Source: Balanoglossus misakiensis (taxonomy: Eukaryota > Animalia > Hemichordata). Taken from it: a stretch of 64,000 nucleotides of DNA. This document shows, one piece after another, positions 13,801 through 55,248 of this stretch. Every line of letters begins with the position of its first letter. Positions within the stretch are counted from its first letter, which is position 1. The position numbers and the translations under genes are program-made. The notes beneath the pieces were generated by a model, which was not told where the DNA came from, searched no databases, and saw nothing but the letters and a program-made list of their open reading frames with translations. Location: assembly GCA_040954595.2 (NCBI GenBank), contig CM082587.2, positions 588,617-652,616 of the forward strand. The letters are read 5' to 3'.

Positions 13801-14998
13801 TACCATGCTGATAATTATAGAACTGTAGATTTTGCCCTAGACAGTAGAGACTACCCATGCCATGACCAACCGACCAACCAACCAACCAACCGACCAATTA
13901 CTGTATATGTCAAGGTGCCTGCTTGCTTCACCTGGACTTAAAGCCCCAATAGCTGCCATTGGGGCTTTAAGAAATCGACAGCAGGATGATCTTGGTATAC
14001 ATCATGCAAGAACAATTTAAAAAAAAAAAAAGACAGCAGTTTCTCCATTGACACAGAACTCACCTGTATATTTGATGCCGGTACCACTTGATGTAGATGC
14101 ATTGAAAAACTGAAAATGGAGAAAAATTAAACAGGTGATGCAAATTAATTGACAAAAAACAACAGAATACATAACAAACTCTATTCAGGTGAAAACATCA
14201 TTGCTGCCTAATAAGGTAATCATTTTCTCATAACTATTCCAGAAAAGTTATGTTTATACCAATGGCTTACCTTAATTGTTGGGAATGCATGGATATCAAA
14301 ATCTCGGCACAAGTCGAAATTATCATCTTTGGAACAGTCTATCACTGCTAATTTAATCACATCATGCCAATCTAGAAAATAAAAACACCATATGGCTGTC
14401 TATCTGAGGGAACTTGAATGTGATCGAGTCACCAACAGTAAACTGACTATGGTTTATTACAATGATCTGTGGATACAAAAATATCACTAGATGATAACTG
14501 GATAAACATATTAGTATGACTGATTAGTTTCCTTGGCAATCTATACTAACGAAGTGGGAGGGGCTAAGGCAAGTGACACAGACGCCTGTGCAAAAATTCA
14601 CTTCCGCATTCTATTTACCTGTGTTCTTGGGAGATCGGTGACTCATTTGGCGATCACAGTCGGTCTGACGACGGCAGCAACGTTGACTTACCGTGTACGT
14701 GGCGACAAACCGCTCGGCTGATCATCGTTCGACGAAAATTCAACCTACCTTTGACGTCTTCTGCTAAAGCCTTCCACGTCGGAGCAAAACGCATACAGTG
14801 TCCACACCAGCTGGAATAAAATTCTACCATCCAGGCGTTTTTGGCATTGTAAATTGTCTTTTTGAAGTTTTGGGCGTTCAGTATGACCACTGGGTCTGTC
14901 TCATTATACAGTGACTCGGTTGAATGAGATAGTTGAAAAGATTGCAAGAAAAAGGCTAGAAAGGGCAAGAAGACTGACATATTGTATACGATCGCCAT
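10871..14998 (-). CDS. QSOX1: Quiescin sulfhydryl oxidase (thioredoxin + Erv/ALR FAD domain, C-terminal TM), ~661 aa, 11 coding exons
   Basis: Exons (minus): 14749-14998, 14271-14371, 14064-14109, 13225-13321, 12993-13092, 12716-12867, 12376-12618, 12154-12283, 11875-12006, 11627-11765, 10871-11466. All junctions are GT-AG and the total of 1986 nt is in frame. Motifs: signal peptide, VEFYSSWCGHC, WVGCQGS..YRGYPCGLWTLFH, FFGCRECATNF, HNKANKRL, KIQFPP..LCPSC, TM followed by KRRRRK. QSOX1 versus QSOX2 cannot be distinguished. Confidence 0.96.
13865..13897. repeat. (ACCA)n-type microsatellite in a QSOX intron
   Basis: accaaccgaccaaccaaccaaccaaccgaccaa. Confidence 0.8.
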
Positions 14999-16940
14999 GG
15001 TGGACCATTTAACTCATCGTGTGTATTCACAAGTTGTCACATTTCCTTCGTTGATGGCGTACGTGCGCTGTCATCTAACGTGGCAGACAGACCCTCTAAG
15101 CTGATAGACATATGGTCAACAGAAAGACAGGTAGCCCGTCACTCACATTTTCGGAGGAGTGGGGCATTTAGGGCGATACAACTCCCTCGTTGGATGTTTG
15201 TTTACAGACGTAGCCATAATCAGGGGAACCAGAGATGCGGTCGATGGAGAGACACCATTTTCGCATCCTCTCCTATCGCTAACGCAAAATAGCTCCCATT
15301 TTCATACCATATGGCAGAACGTACGGTCGGGGGGAAGTCATAACTGAAATGTAATTCATAGTTCCACCCTACGGTAATAAGCCACGCCCCCCTTGGTTAC
15401 TGTTGCTACGCCCCACAAGCTTCGAGCTTGTGGGACATTGACCTCCATAGCTCCACAACGTGGATGGGGAAACTAGATTCGTTCAGCGATAGTCTGCGCA
15501 ACGTTCCTGGCGATATTTCTGTATGCTACCTACCAGAGTTAAAAAACCTATCCAAGAAGTCACAGGAAAAGGGTTTAATGAGGTATAATTCCCCCGTATT
15601 TCGAACGAGTGTGCCTGCATCGCGGACGATAGCGGCCGTATCCCCCCGGGCCGCAGGCTATACTTGGTATGTCGAGTTCGCGACGCAGGTACACGAGTGA
15701 GGAATACGGGGGAATTATATATTTATCACATACATAGACCAAGTGTCCATGAAAGTGAGCTTCTTTGTGAATTTTAAGCATTTCAGCGAAAAATAGCACT
15801 ATTTTAAAAGGATCGACAGATCAAGTTACGCGGTCGGGATCCCGTGTCGGGGTCACACGCAAACGGACATGAAACCACGATCAGCTGTTAGTAATAACGG
15901 GCCCCAAAGGTTAAGTTTATCGTGCTGTTTCTGAGTGAAATCAGACGAAATATGAGACACAAGAGGTATCACTTCACCTGACGATATTTTTGGTAGAAAA
16001 ATATGGATGATATAACACGGCGAATTCAGAAAACTACGTGAACGTTACTTGGATTGACAGCGCGCGGCCCCATTGTTTACAACGCCGGACATTTTATAAG
16101 GGTCGAACAACATTGACTTTTCGAATAGAAATTGCAAGCAGCATATGAATTTCAAAATTTTCAAACACTTTAGCAATAAAATCATTGTTACATATTTATA
16201 TTGAAGACGTGTCAGTTTAAAATCTAAACGCAAACTTTTAATATCCACCACCTGAGACACCTCTCTCTCTGCGTTTTTGGCTTCGGAAACGGAGCAAAAA
16301 ATATACTCGATGTTGGGTCAAGGTACCTTTCATCCGATTTACACGTCCCCCAGGCGCATCTCTTCACTATTCTGGCCGATATTTTAAAACTGAAAGAAAA
16401 CTTCCAGTCTGTCTATCTCTAACTGAGCGTGTACTGTAGGCTGGCCATGTTGTTGATTATATGTGGGACAAAATGGCGGTTGTATGAACAGCATGACTTT
16501 TCTCGGCTCTGATTGGCTGAGGGTTCAGTGTGATTGACAGCTGTGGAACCATGAATTAATAGTCCACGTTGCCATACCAACAGTCGACAACCTGATGGCC
16601 CTTCACAGCAAAGTACGCATAGTTTTAATCCGTCGGTTAACGAATTATTCCTTGGTTGTTGTCTGTCAACGCGACTGTCTTATAAGGTGAAAAAAAAACT
16701 TGTGAAAAAAGAAAAGAAAAATCGTCTGAAACATCGTTTGTGACTAATTCAGGCGCTTTATTCATGCAAGTCAACTGACAACATTTGCATCTTTGACAAA
16801 TAGACTGTACGGTCATGGTGTCCGTTGCACACTAGAGCCATCAAGTTGGAACATTCTTCATTTTCGACATACAGTCTATATCTTGATATTACTAGTGTTG
16901 GTGTGAAGTCAAAGGCATGTTGTCCGACGCCTGTCAATCT

Positions 16941-17603
16941 TTAATACAATATGCGACGAAGTGCGAGGGGCACATCCTTGCGAGATCCATAGACATTCTT
17001 CAGCGCGCAGCCACGTTGGTAAAAGATGTCGTCATGGGAACGGAGATGGTAGGGCCACTCCTTCGAACGCAGATCATAAACTTTCTCAGATTTGATGTCT
17101 GCGTGTCGGAAATGGCTACTCATGGAAGTCGACGCGGATTTCGTGGCAGTGAATTTGTCCTGAGTCTGGGTGGTGACTTCAAGTTGTTTATAGCTGTCAA
17201 TTTTCTTCTGCAAGGCAATGTCCACCCCGGAGAGACTGCGATTGCCCACCTGGTCACCATACACATGCATCAGCACGTACACGAATGGAATCTCCGCAAC
17301 CAGCAACGACAGCACGTAGTAGACGCGGTCGGTATCTTCCTTGGGTAGATCGGAAATCCAAGAGAGGGTGGCTGAAACGCGACGATTCATCGGCACCCAG
17401 ATATAGTGGAAACCAATGTAGACATAGATGATGACGCGGCATATGTAGTAGATGGTTCGAAGCGAACGACATCGAGCGCGCATAAACCGCGGCAGGGGTG
17501 CCCTGCAAGATGCCAGACAAATGGTGATGATGATGACAATCGATGATAATATCGGAGGACAACCTGCTGTCATCAACTCCATGACTAGGAGCGACAACAA
17601 CAT
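16941..17603 (-). CDS. Hypothetical intronless membrane protein, 220 aa, about 3 hydrophobic segments
   Basis: Longest ORF in the six-frame track. ATG is preceded by an in-frame TAA. Three hydrophobic stretches are followed by a polar tail. AATAAA on the minus strand at 16757-16762 and CpG-rich upstream flank. No family recognised. Confidence 0.55.
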   Translation of the reverse strand: MLLSLLVMELMTAGCPPILSSIVIIITICLASCRAPLPRFMRARCRSLRTIYYICRVIIYVYIGFHYIWVPMNRRVSATLSWISDLPKEDTDRVYYVLSLLVAEIPFVYVLMHVYGDQVGNRSLSGVDIALQKKIDSYKQLEVTTQTQDKFTATKSASTSMSSHFRHADIKSEKVYDLRSKEWPYHLRSHDDIFYQRGCALKNVYGSRKDVPLALRRILY

Positions 17604-18603
17604 AGAAAACTCTCGTTTTTATCGCTGAGTAATGTTCATTTTCCAGTCTGTGAAATGTATACTTCCATGTCGAATTGTCGCTTATCTCCCAACCCATTGT
17701 TTACGTCACAAAATCGAATTTCCCAGGACCCACGTAGACTCTTTTGTGTTCCTACCATCGGATGCACGCTGGTCTGGCATGATCTTGAAATTACTGAATT
17801 TAAAGGGTTTTTTATTCTCGGCGAAAGTGTAACATGAAAAATGTCTGCCCGTCACCCGTTTTCACACCAAAGAATAAAGTTTTGCGTAAACTAGTAGCTA
17901 ACCGAACTTTGTAATGAAGACGAGGCTAAGCACGCCCTCGCGCGGCGAATGTTAATCTGATAGCAACCACACCATCGCAACTGTGGAATAAAAGTGGACA
18001 AGTCCTGTATGTTTTCCTCTTAGATTTTATTGACCTGTATTCAAATCATGTGCGTACAATAGATAAAAACAATATTTTAAAAACAAGTGTAAAATTACAG
18101 CCCACTTTTACACACTGCAAAAGAGACTTGCTTTCGAAATTTCAACTCTCACATTATAGCTCAATGACCCCTCGTTTCAAAAAATGCCTTTCTATAGAAT
18201 TTAAAATCAGAAAGCACTTTAGTAAAAACCACACTATACCAGAAATGTTGATTGCACAACTTGAAATAAAGCAAAAGTGACCCTTTGTTTGACATGATTC
18301 CGGGTTAGAACAACCATATAGAAAACTCTCTACTAAGAAACTACTTTATGTAATATAGTATGTACAAGAGTTCATAAATTCAGTTTGTTCTGAATCTGAG
18401 AAATAAGTTCCTTTGACAAAATCTTCCTGTAATTAACCAGCCAATAACTAAAAACGAACTGATGTGAATGAACACGTATATACGCCCTCTGTGGTCATCA
18501 TATCAACTGCCTTTGTTTTTTAACGCCTAACTTGAGTTAAAGTTTGTGTGGAGGGATCATGCTTGCACATGATGAAACAGTAAAGTCTGTGTTTTTCTTA
18601 TCC

Positions 18604-20923
18604 TCACTGATTGGTATTTTCTTTAACCGGAGTTGGTTTGAAATTCCTTGCAAAGGTTTCTGCGACTATCAAAGGAAATACAAGAGTGGCATCTGCATAT
18701 ACCTGCAAGAAATGGAACATGAGAAAAGACATTTATATAGTTTAAAACACCAGTCTAGCTCTTTACAATAATGATCTAAATAAACTTGAAGAGGTAATTC
18801 TGGATTTCCATTATAATGCTAAGCAACAACGAAGGATATTCATTTACCTTGACTGGAGATGCAGTTTTCTTGATCTTCCCCCAGGAGATAGCTTCATCGG
18901 GTCTTGCACCTGAATCAGAGCCATCAAATTCATTGGCCGTGTTGATATAAACAGCGTAGTCGGCACCATTTCTCTGTCAGACAAAATGAATGGATGGTGA
19001 GAACATGGAGAGTATGTTCTAACTCTGCTAGACACTATCATCCCATATGAACATGTGGTATAATTCTGCCACTGCCACCCCGATCAAATATGGCACTCAC
19101 CATGAGATTGGCATTACATATATGATGTTTCATCAACCCTCCACCTAGGATTATCATACCAGAGTGAGTGGCATACACTGCTTGGTTATTCATCCTACGA
19201 ATATCTGAGAAAAAAAGAGCAAAAGTGATCTCCTATATCAAGCTTAACTTTCTGTTTCAGTTTGTAGTTTAATGTTAGCTATACTGCTTGGGATTTTCGT
19301 CTTCCAACAGAAATTATATCGATGGCAGTATTGCTTTAAGGCATCATGACCTGTGACACACCATGTGCGTATTCCACCTTACCTTCAACTATGTCTAGAA
19401 CTAATCCTGGGTTTTTGTATGAATGAAAATAAACCATGTCACCAATAGATCCATCTGTCAGAGCTGGACTAAAGACTGGTATATTATTCTGATGGAAAAA
19501 AATAAAAAGTTGTGTGATAATAATAACTATTTCTCCACCACTATGTACTGCTGCACTGCCGGAAATACTGTAGATCTAGTTAGAAGAACACTGAAAAAAA
19601 ATATGCACATATGGTAAGTGGTATATATATCTTTGTGCAAGCAATTTGCCTGGCAAATTTATTTCACAGTTTTTCTTGAATTTCGCTCAATGCACAGTAT
19701 TCTTTGTTTGGTATTATTTATCAAGAAACTTTGAACAATCATAACGTTAAACAAAACCATCAGTGATGGTGTTGTCACAGAATGGTTAGTTAAATAGCAG
19801 TGATGTTCATAACTTACCTTATATGCCCAGTAGTAGACAGAGTCTGGATTGTCGATTTCTTTCCCTAACCTGGCTATCATCTTGGATGGGGTCCAATGCA
19901 CTCCCTGTAAAATAGCAAAACATCAGTACAACTTAGGCCAACTTTGCTTTTAGTTTTTGCATGAAAACCGTACAATGAGAATCAAACTGCACATTACCTG
20001 TGTTGTTTGTTCCAGCACCATTTGATCCAAAATTGGAAAAATCCAGTCTTCAAATTTACAGTAGTTATTATTTGGCACGAGCAGATTTCCAATTCTGTTG
20101 ACACCCTGGTCTCTAAGCACTCTTCCAGATAAACTAAAATCACCAAGATATGTCGGTGCTAAACATTTGATAAAATCTTCTTCCACACCTCCTGCTGTTG
20201 TCACTATACAATCGACCTATTGGGGGTAAAATACAAAAGGACAGATTTTTAATTCTTTTCAACTTCTCATGATATCCATGAAAATTCTTACACTTTGCCC
20301 AATTGTGGGATGACATTTCTGGTGAAAGAAAAACACTAAATAATGGTGTATGAAAGATATAACTTCTCAGATTTGATCCACACAAAAAATTCATATTTAT
20401 ATATGCTCACCATGTTATGTTGTACAAGGTACTTAAATGTTTCCCTTACTCCAGCTGATATCAAATTTGAAGTAAAACCAAGGAATATTGTGCAATTGGT
20501 CTTCTCACGCTTACACAAATTTAATTCTGCTTTACTATTAGCAGCTTCTTCATCCTCAAATGGTTCCGATTTCTTCTGCAACTGAAGATCAACAGAGAAA
20601 TTTAAAATTCAAAGTAAAATATGGAATATTGTGAAAATGTTTCGTGTTACTTGATACAAGAAATTTCAAAAGTTCTTCATATTAGTTTCCAAACTGTTAA
20701 AATGCAAACCATATTACATATAAAACATTACCATTTTATTGATTTCTTCCACAGCTAATCCGAAGTTGGTAGCTTGGAAACCTGATGTTTTATAACTTTC
20801 CAATAGTGCATGGTAGTTGATACCATCATTGAAGTCATAACCTTTGACTGGGACTGAATCTTTTGGCATGTCTATGCTCTTGGCCAGCACAACTTCCTTA
20901 GCCGTTGTGTTCAATCCAGCCAT
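18604..20923 (-). CDS. DHPS: Deoxyhypusine synthase, ~367 aa, 8 coding exons
   Basis: Exons (minus): 20732-20923, 20411-20581, 19998-20216, 19818-19904, 19383-19488, 19101-19204, 18848-18973, 18604-18702; 1104 nt in frame. Motifs [51 protein letters not shown], and [19 protein letters not shown] containing the catalytic Lys. Confidence 0.98.
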
Positions 20924-21113
20924 TGTGAGTTGAGTGTCTGTCAACAGAGTAAAATACAGTCAATGGCAAAGAAAATGTATCTCCAATCACAAGGAAAACA
21001 TCCTCAAGAATACAAACATCATCACTAACAAAAATGATATGTCTGATTACATGTTACAGTGTACAACTGTACGATGAAGCCCCATCATCACTGTGTTGTG
21101 TACTGATACTCAC

Positions 21114-21439
21114 GTGAATGGATAAGTTTGTGAATGTATCGTAAAATGACTCCTGTGTCCTCCAGCGCTAGGAGCAACTACTGCAGTGAACATCTACTGG
21201 GTCAGTACTAGAGTGAAACCTCAACGATCGATCCCAGCTATTTCAACACACGCATGTAACTCCTCCAGGAAGCAGACATTATGAATGACGTCATTAGGTC
21301 GGAGTTCACCAAACAGGAAGTGAGCGGACGACGTCAACAGTAGCAGACGACGAAAATTCGAAAAAAAGCAGCGTACATGAAGAAAGCCTGTCTTCTGACC
21401 AAAGCGCCCTTGTTTGAACGACTTATGAGTATATTTTTG
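21114..21439. promoter_or_regulatory. Probable bidirectional promoter with flanking non-coding first exons (DHPS minus; collagen-leading transcript plus)
   Basis: CpG-rich patch. CRE palindrome TGACGTCA at 21286-21293, ETS-like CAGGAAGTG at 21314-21322, GACGTCA at 21330-21336. Outward-facing donors: minus GTGAGT at 21113 (acceptor at 20938, just before the DHPS ATG) and plus GTAAGT at 21440. Confidence 0.6.
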
Positions 21440-24218
21440 GTAAGTTGTCGAATATTTCGGGTTATTTTTATGTTTCTACACAAACAAACAAGAATGAGCT
21501 GCAGGCAGTACACGAACGTGCCACGCCCACCCTCTCTGTCATATTCTTCGGACGGTTACAAATCTCGTTATTTGTCTTGTGATATGATATTTCAACATTT
21601 TTATTTACTCATATGGTTTGCTACAGCTTTGGGGCAATTTTTACACGTCGTATGGGTAGATTTTCATACAGAAATATCGTGCGTTCTGTCAATATTGACG
21701 CACTACAGGTTTGTCCGAGTATTGACGGAGAAGTACGTGTACTCGGCCGGGCCCGTCCAAATGAGAATGGTGTAGAGTTCCAAGAAGACCAGAAGTTATA
21801 GCTATTACGAATCTGCTTTTTAGACTATTTAATGGCCATTTTAGCCAATAATATCTGCTCTTAGTTATGGTTTCCAGCTGACCAGTGTAGTCAGAAACAA
21901 TATGTTGAAATCAACAACTGGAATATACATGTACATGTACGTTTCTATGCTGTGTCTTGTCATAGGGGGAAAAAAATAAAGTTTAGCCACATTTGACTAC
22001 ACATGTCTATCAAGAAAAAAGTGTGAGTGTGGGCCATGAAAAAACCCCCACATATCTTCAATGTTTGTGTACACACCAGTCACTGTGTGGAATGACTGCA
22101 TGCAAACTTGGCCAATATGCTAGTACAAGTTGCTTTTAAAACACTGGGTTTAATGATAAACACTTGAGGGTCTTCCTCTAGGGCCCAAATAGTGGTGTAT
22201 ATAGCTGAGGGCAACTTGGAAATTAGTTCTTTTCAACTTTTTTTATTAGTGTGATCAATTAGACCTAATAACCATGAAAAAAGAACATCTTACAATTGTC
22301 TGTAATTGTTTATGTTGACTACCCCTGTAGTTGTGCACTTTCCTGCTTGACAAAAGGAAGGAAATCATTATTGTTTAAGTTGTTGACCACTTACCCCTAA
22401 GTTTAGTTTGTTTTGTAAATCCATTCTATTGTAAGATTTTGAATATTGGAATCATGCCAAGTGGTCATGTCCCATTTTAATGGATTTTATAGGGCAGGCT
22501 CAGAAAACATGTCCACACTATTAAAATTATCCTTTATTATTTTATAAACAAATGTGTGTTTTTATTTGTTTTGCAAAGTAAATGCTTTTAGTTCAGAAAC
22601 CAATGTACACTGAAACAATATTGGAAAATCGTGACCGATATTGAAATTGTTCAACCAACCATGAAAAAATGCAGCTTATATAAAATGCTGTAGTCGCAAA
22701 GAGAACGACTGTGCAATTTGCAAATCATGTCGCTTTACACTTCCTGTAATGTCAGAGGTCTTTCCTGTTTTTGTAGAATCAGGCAAAAGGGCTAGACAAT
22801 TTATGAAAGCATTTATGCATACTTCAGCTACCAGTACACAGTGGAAACATCAATATCTTATAGCCTCTCCTTGTAAAACATGATGTAATATCATATTTTT
22901 TTCTCAACAGTGGTCTGAGACTCTCAAGCTTCCCTACTAGCAGACTTATGATGCAATTATCATACTTTTCTCAGCAGTAAAGCATAGCTCAAACAGAGGG
23001 AGATGCCCTCTGCATAGTTGTGACTACACATATTTCAGTTCATTTATATAATGCTACCAACACTAAACCCTTTGGAATGAGCTAGGCCTATGGGCCTGGT
23101 ATCACAATTAACCTCAGCATGAATTACTTGTAGTTGTCCATTGCCTGTCAACTTTTTACCATTATTTTGCACACAGATGACATACAGCTCAACAATAACA
23201 GTGAAAATCCAACACTGGTTTCTTTTGCATCTCAATAAACAGCTTCGCATGGGATATTGTTAGATAGTTAACTCTTAACATACAAAACTTTATTTACAGA
23301 TTGTATTAGAATGATACTTAATCCTTCATCAGAGTGAGACCAACCAAAGGGCAGAGTTGAAACTTTGCTGAATATTGGTGGAATTTCATTGTTTTTGGCC
23401 TTCACCTTTGTTTTGTCCTTGTCTTGGCAGTGGGTATTTTTTCCAAAGTTAGGATTCATTACAGTTTATTCGTGAGAAACGATCCGTTTTTGGTGACAGC
23501 TAACGTGAGTCCTTCTGATCCCAGTGGGATTTCCTGGTGGGGAAACAAAACATACCTAAAGTTACCAGTCTCAGAAACTATGGAAAAGACCCGAGGACTC
23601 AAATATCCTTTGATGGTAAGTTATAGGTTTGAATTGTGTTGCGATCAGTAATGCAGAATCACAAGAGATATTACATGTATTTGTAAATTTATAACTTCCA
23701 AAATGTACGCTGCTCCATTCTCCTCCTTAAATCACTGTGTAACCAGTGTTTAGAAATTTCTTTCAAAGATGTGTTTTGTTTTTGTAGGTGCTTCTTCTGT
23801 GTTAATTGTTCATGGTCAGGGCTTTGTACTCAGCGTTTTTTCAAATGCAAATCTGACGTCGCAGAGTTAGAAAAGAGCGGAAGGAAGGTCAATGCCTCTT
23901 GTGGCCCGTAGATGCATAAAAGACAGTGCCCTCAGTGGCAAGCAAGTTTTTAAAGTGTTAAGTTGATTATCTGGGAATGCGGTGTAACATGAGCCGAGAA
24001 CACATGCTCAATAACCTTAGGGGGTCTCTGCACAGGCTGTACTCTGCTATGATAGAATAGTTGAATGTTAAAGTGTCCTTCCTGAAAAAAAGTCATTTGT
24101 TCCAACACCATAGAGGAGCCGGAGCCAAACCTGATGAGGAATTGACTGAAATGGAATTCTTTCCTGACCTTTGACTTTGTTTCTGGAGCTGTGCTGCAGT
24201 TTTTCTCCCACAACAGAG

Positions 24219-53418
<29,200 letters not shown>

Positions 53419-54170
53419 CCCCAATTTTGTACAAATTTGTATTCTGAGGCAATTTTGTAATGTTTGGTCAAAAAATTTTATTCTCAGAAAACACTGGTTG
53501 GATTGCTTTGAACTGTATTATGTAAGATCATTGGGGTGTCCTCATTATGATGTACAAAATGAAAACATTAATGTTAATTTTTTTTTTTAATTTTGTAATT
53601 TTTGTTATAAAAAATATTCTCTGAAACTCGGCTGTTCCAACTGCTTTACAAGTTGATTTGACATCAAGAAACTTGAAAAGCTCGCTTTGATAACAGGTTT
53701 ATCCTCAGGTTCCATTTGCTTATATGTAAGTGTCACACATTGTCATAAAAAGCAAATATTCTGGCTCCTTTAGCCATCACAGAGAGTTCTAGGATATGTT
53801 TCTTGGAGAGATGACTGTTAATTGTTCATACTTCAAAATGGACAGGTAATCCCCAAACTTTAATTCAGATTTTATGTGTCTGATATATTTCTTTCAAAAT
53901 GGTGCTACTTTAAAAGTGTCATTAATGACAGTTTTATAAAGTTTTGAGATTTCTAAAAAATTATATATTATTTTTGACATATTTTTTCACAAATACAAGC
54001 CTTACCATCATCACGATTCTAAAAGGGAAAAATTGAAGAAAACTGGTGAAAACCATCTCATCTTTTTTTTTGTTTTTCATAGCAATCAGTTATGTCACTT
54101 TAATATGCTTTTGTTTTATTTTCTATTCATGAGAGAGTTTTATTTGGAACAAGTCGGTTCATAGATCTTG

Positions 54171-54176
54171 AATAAA
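54171..54176 (+). terminator. Candidate polyadenylation signal of the collagen
   Basis: AATAAA ~750 nt after the TAG in an AT-rich 3' region, followed by T/GT-rich sequence. Confidence 0.5.
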
Positions 54177-55248
54177 ATTCATTGAACATGTTCTTAAACA
54201 TATCTTGTTTCCATGTTTTGTTCATAGTATGTATGAATTCCTTCATGGCCAGGTCCTGTAAATCATTGCTGATATTTTGAAGTGTTAGTGTGTTGTCCCA
54301 TCTGCAGCTGCAATGAAGGTCACATATAACACAGATTTGCTAGCAAGTTAAAGTAGGTGCAAAGTCTAACTACTACAACGTACATCAATGTGGTTGTTTC
54401 TTTGTATTACACTATACGTCATAGCAAACAAGCCATCATTATATTTTGTCGCATTTCCTTTTGTGTATTTTAACTCCTGTGAATATATATCAGTTTGATA
54501 TTCTCTATGTCTTGCATTTTATCCTTGTGTGATGTTGATTTTTAGCTCTTACTTGGTAAATCAAGGGGAGATAAAAGGATCAGTCGTTGTATGTATGTAT
54601 GTGTGTGTGTATGCATGTTGATGTATGTACATACAGCAAAAACAAAGCCTGCAGCATTTCACTTTGGTATAAGTGTGTAGAAGAATGCTGGACATGCAGA
54701 TAATAGACAACACGGTTAACTTGAGTACACAGTACATAAGTGATTTATTTATTCAAAAGTTCAAGACGTCTTTATTCTCTAATATAACATATGAGCACAT
54801 GGTAAAAATATGCCACAAGTGCATGATGACAGGTTGTTGTTGAAAAGGATAGACATTTTCCTGACCAACTTCATAAAATTGTTTTATCAACAGTAGAATA
54901 TATTTGTGTTGTGAAAAAATGACAAGTCCGGCTATGAGTAAAATGCTCCAAAATTATTGTGCTGAACATTCTCAAAGTCCGTCTGCAAGGTTTGGTAATA
55001 CATAAACATACAATTGGTATATATTGTTTCAAAATCGATAATCTGGTAATGAATATAGATTCAAGATTTCTCCACACTAGAATAGCTTATCTAAACTGCT
55101 AATGGAGAGTCTTGTTGCTGTGAAGTGATTTTATCTCAAAAGTATGAAAAAGATTCATGGTTTGTTTTAATATTTCTTTATCTCTGCCATGCTAGACGGA
55201 ATATGTGAAAATCCTGTAGATTCTGTTCAGTTTGATGTTGGATCCATT

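Noticed and set aside
15420-16480. Possible non-autonomous DNA transposon upstream of QSOX
   Set aside because: Looks repeat-like, but no terminal repeats or target duplication could be defined
16917-17697. 143-aa plus ORF and 147-aa alternative-frame minus ORF
   Set aside because: Shadow frames of the 220-aa ORF
20938-21113. C/D snoRNA in the DHPS 5' UTR intron (two GTGATGA motifs)
   Set aside because: No CTGA D box or terminal stem on that strand
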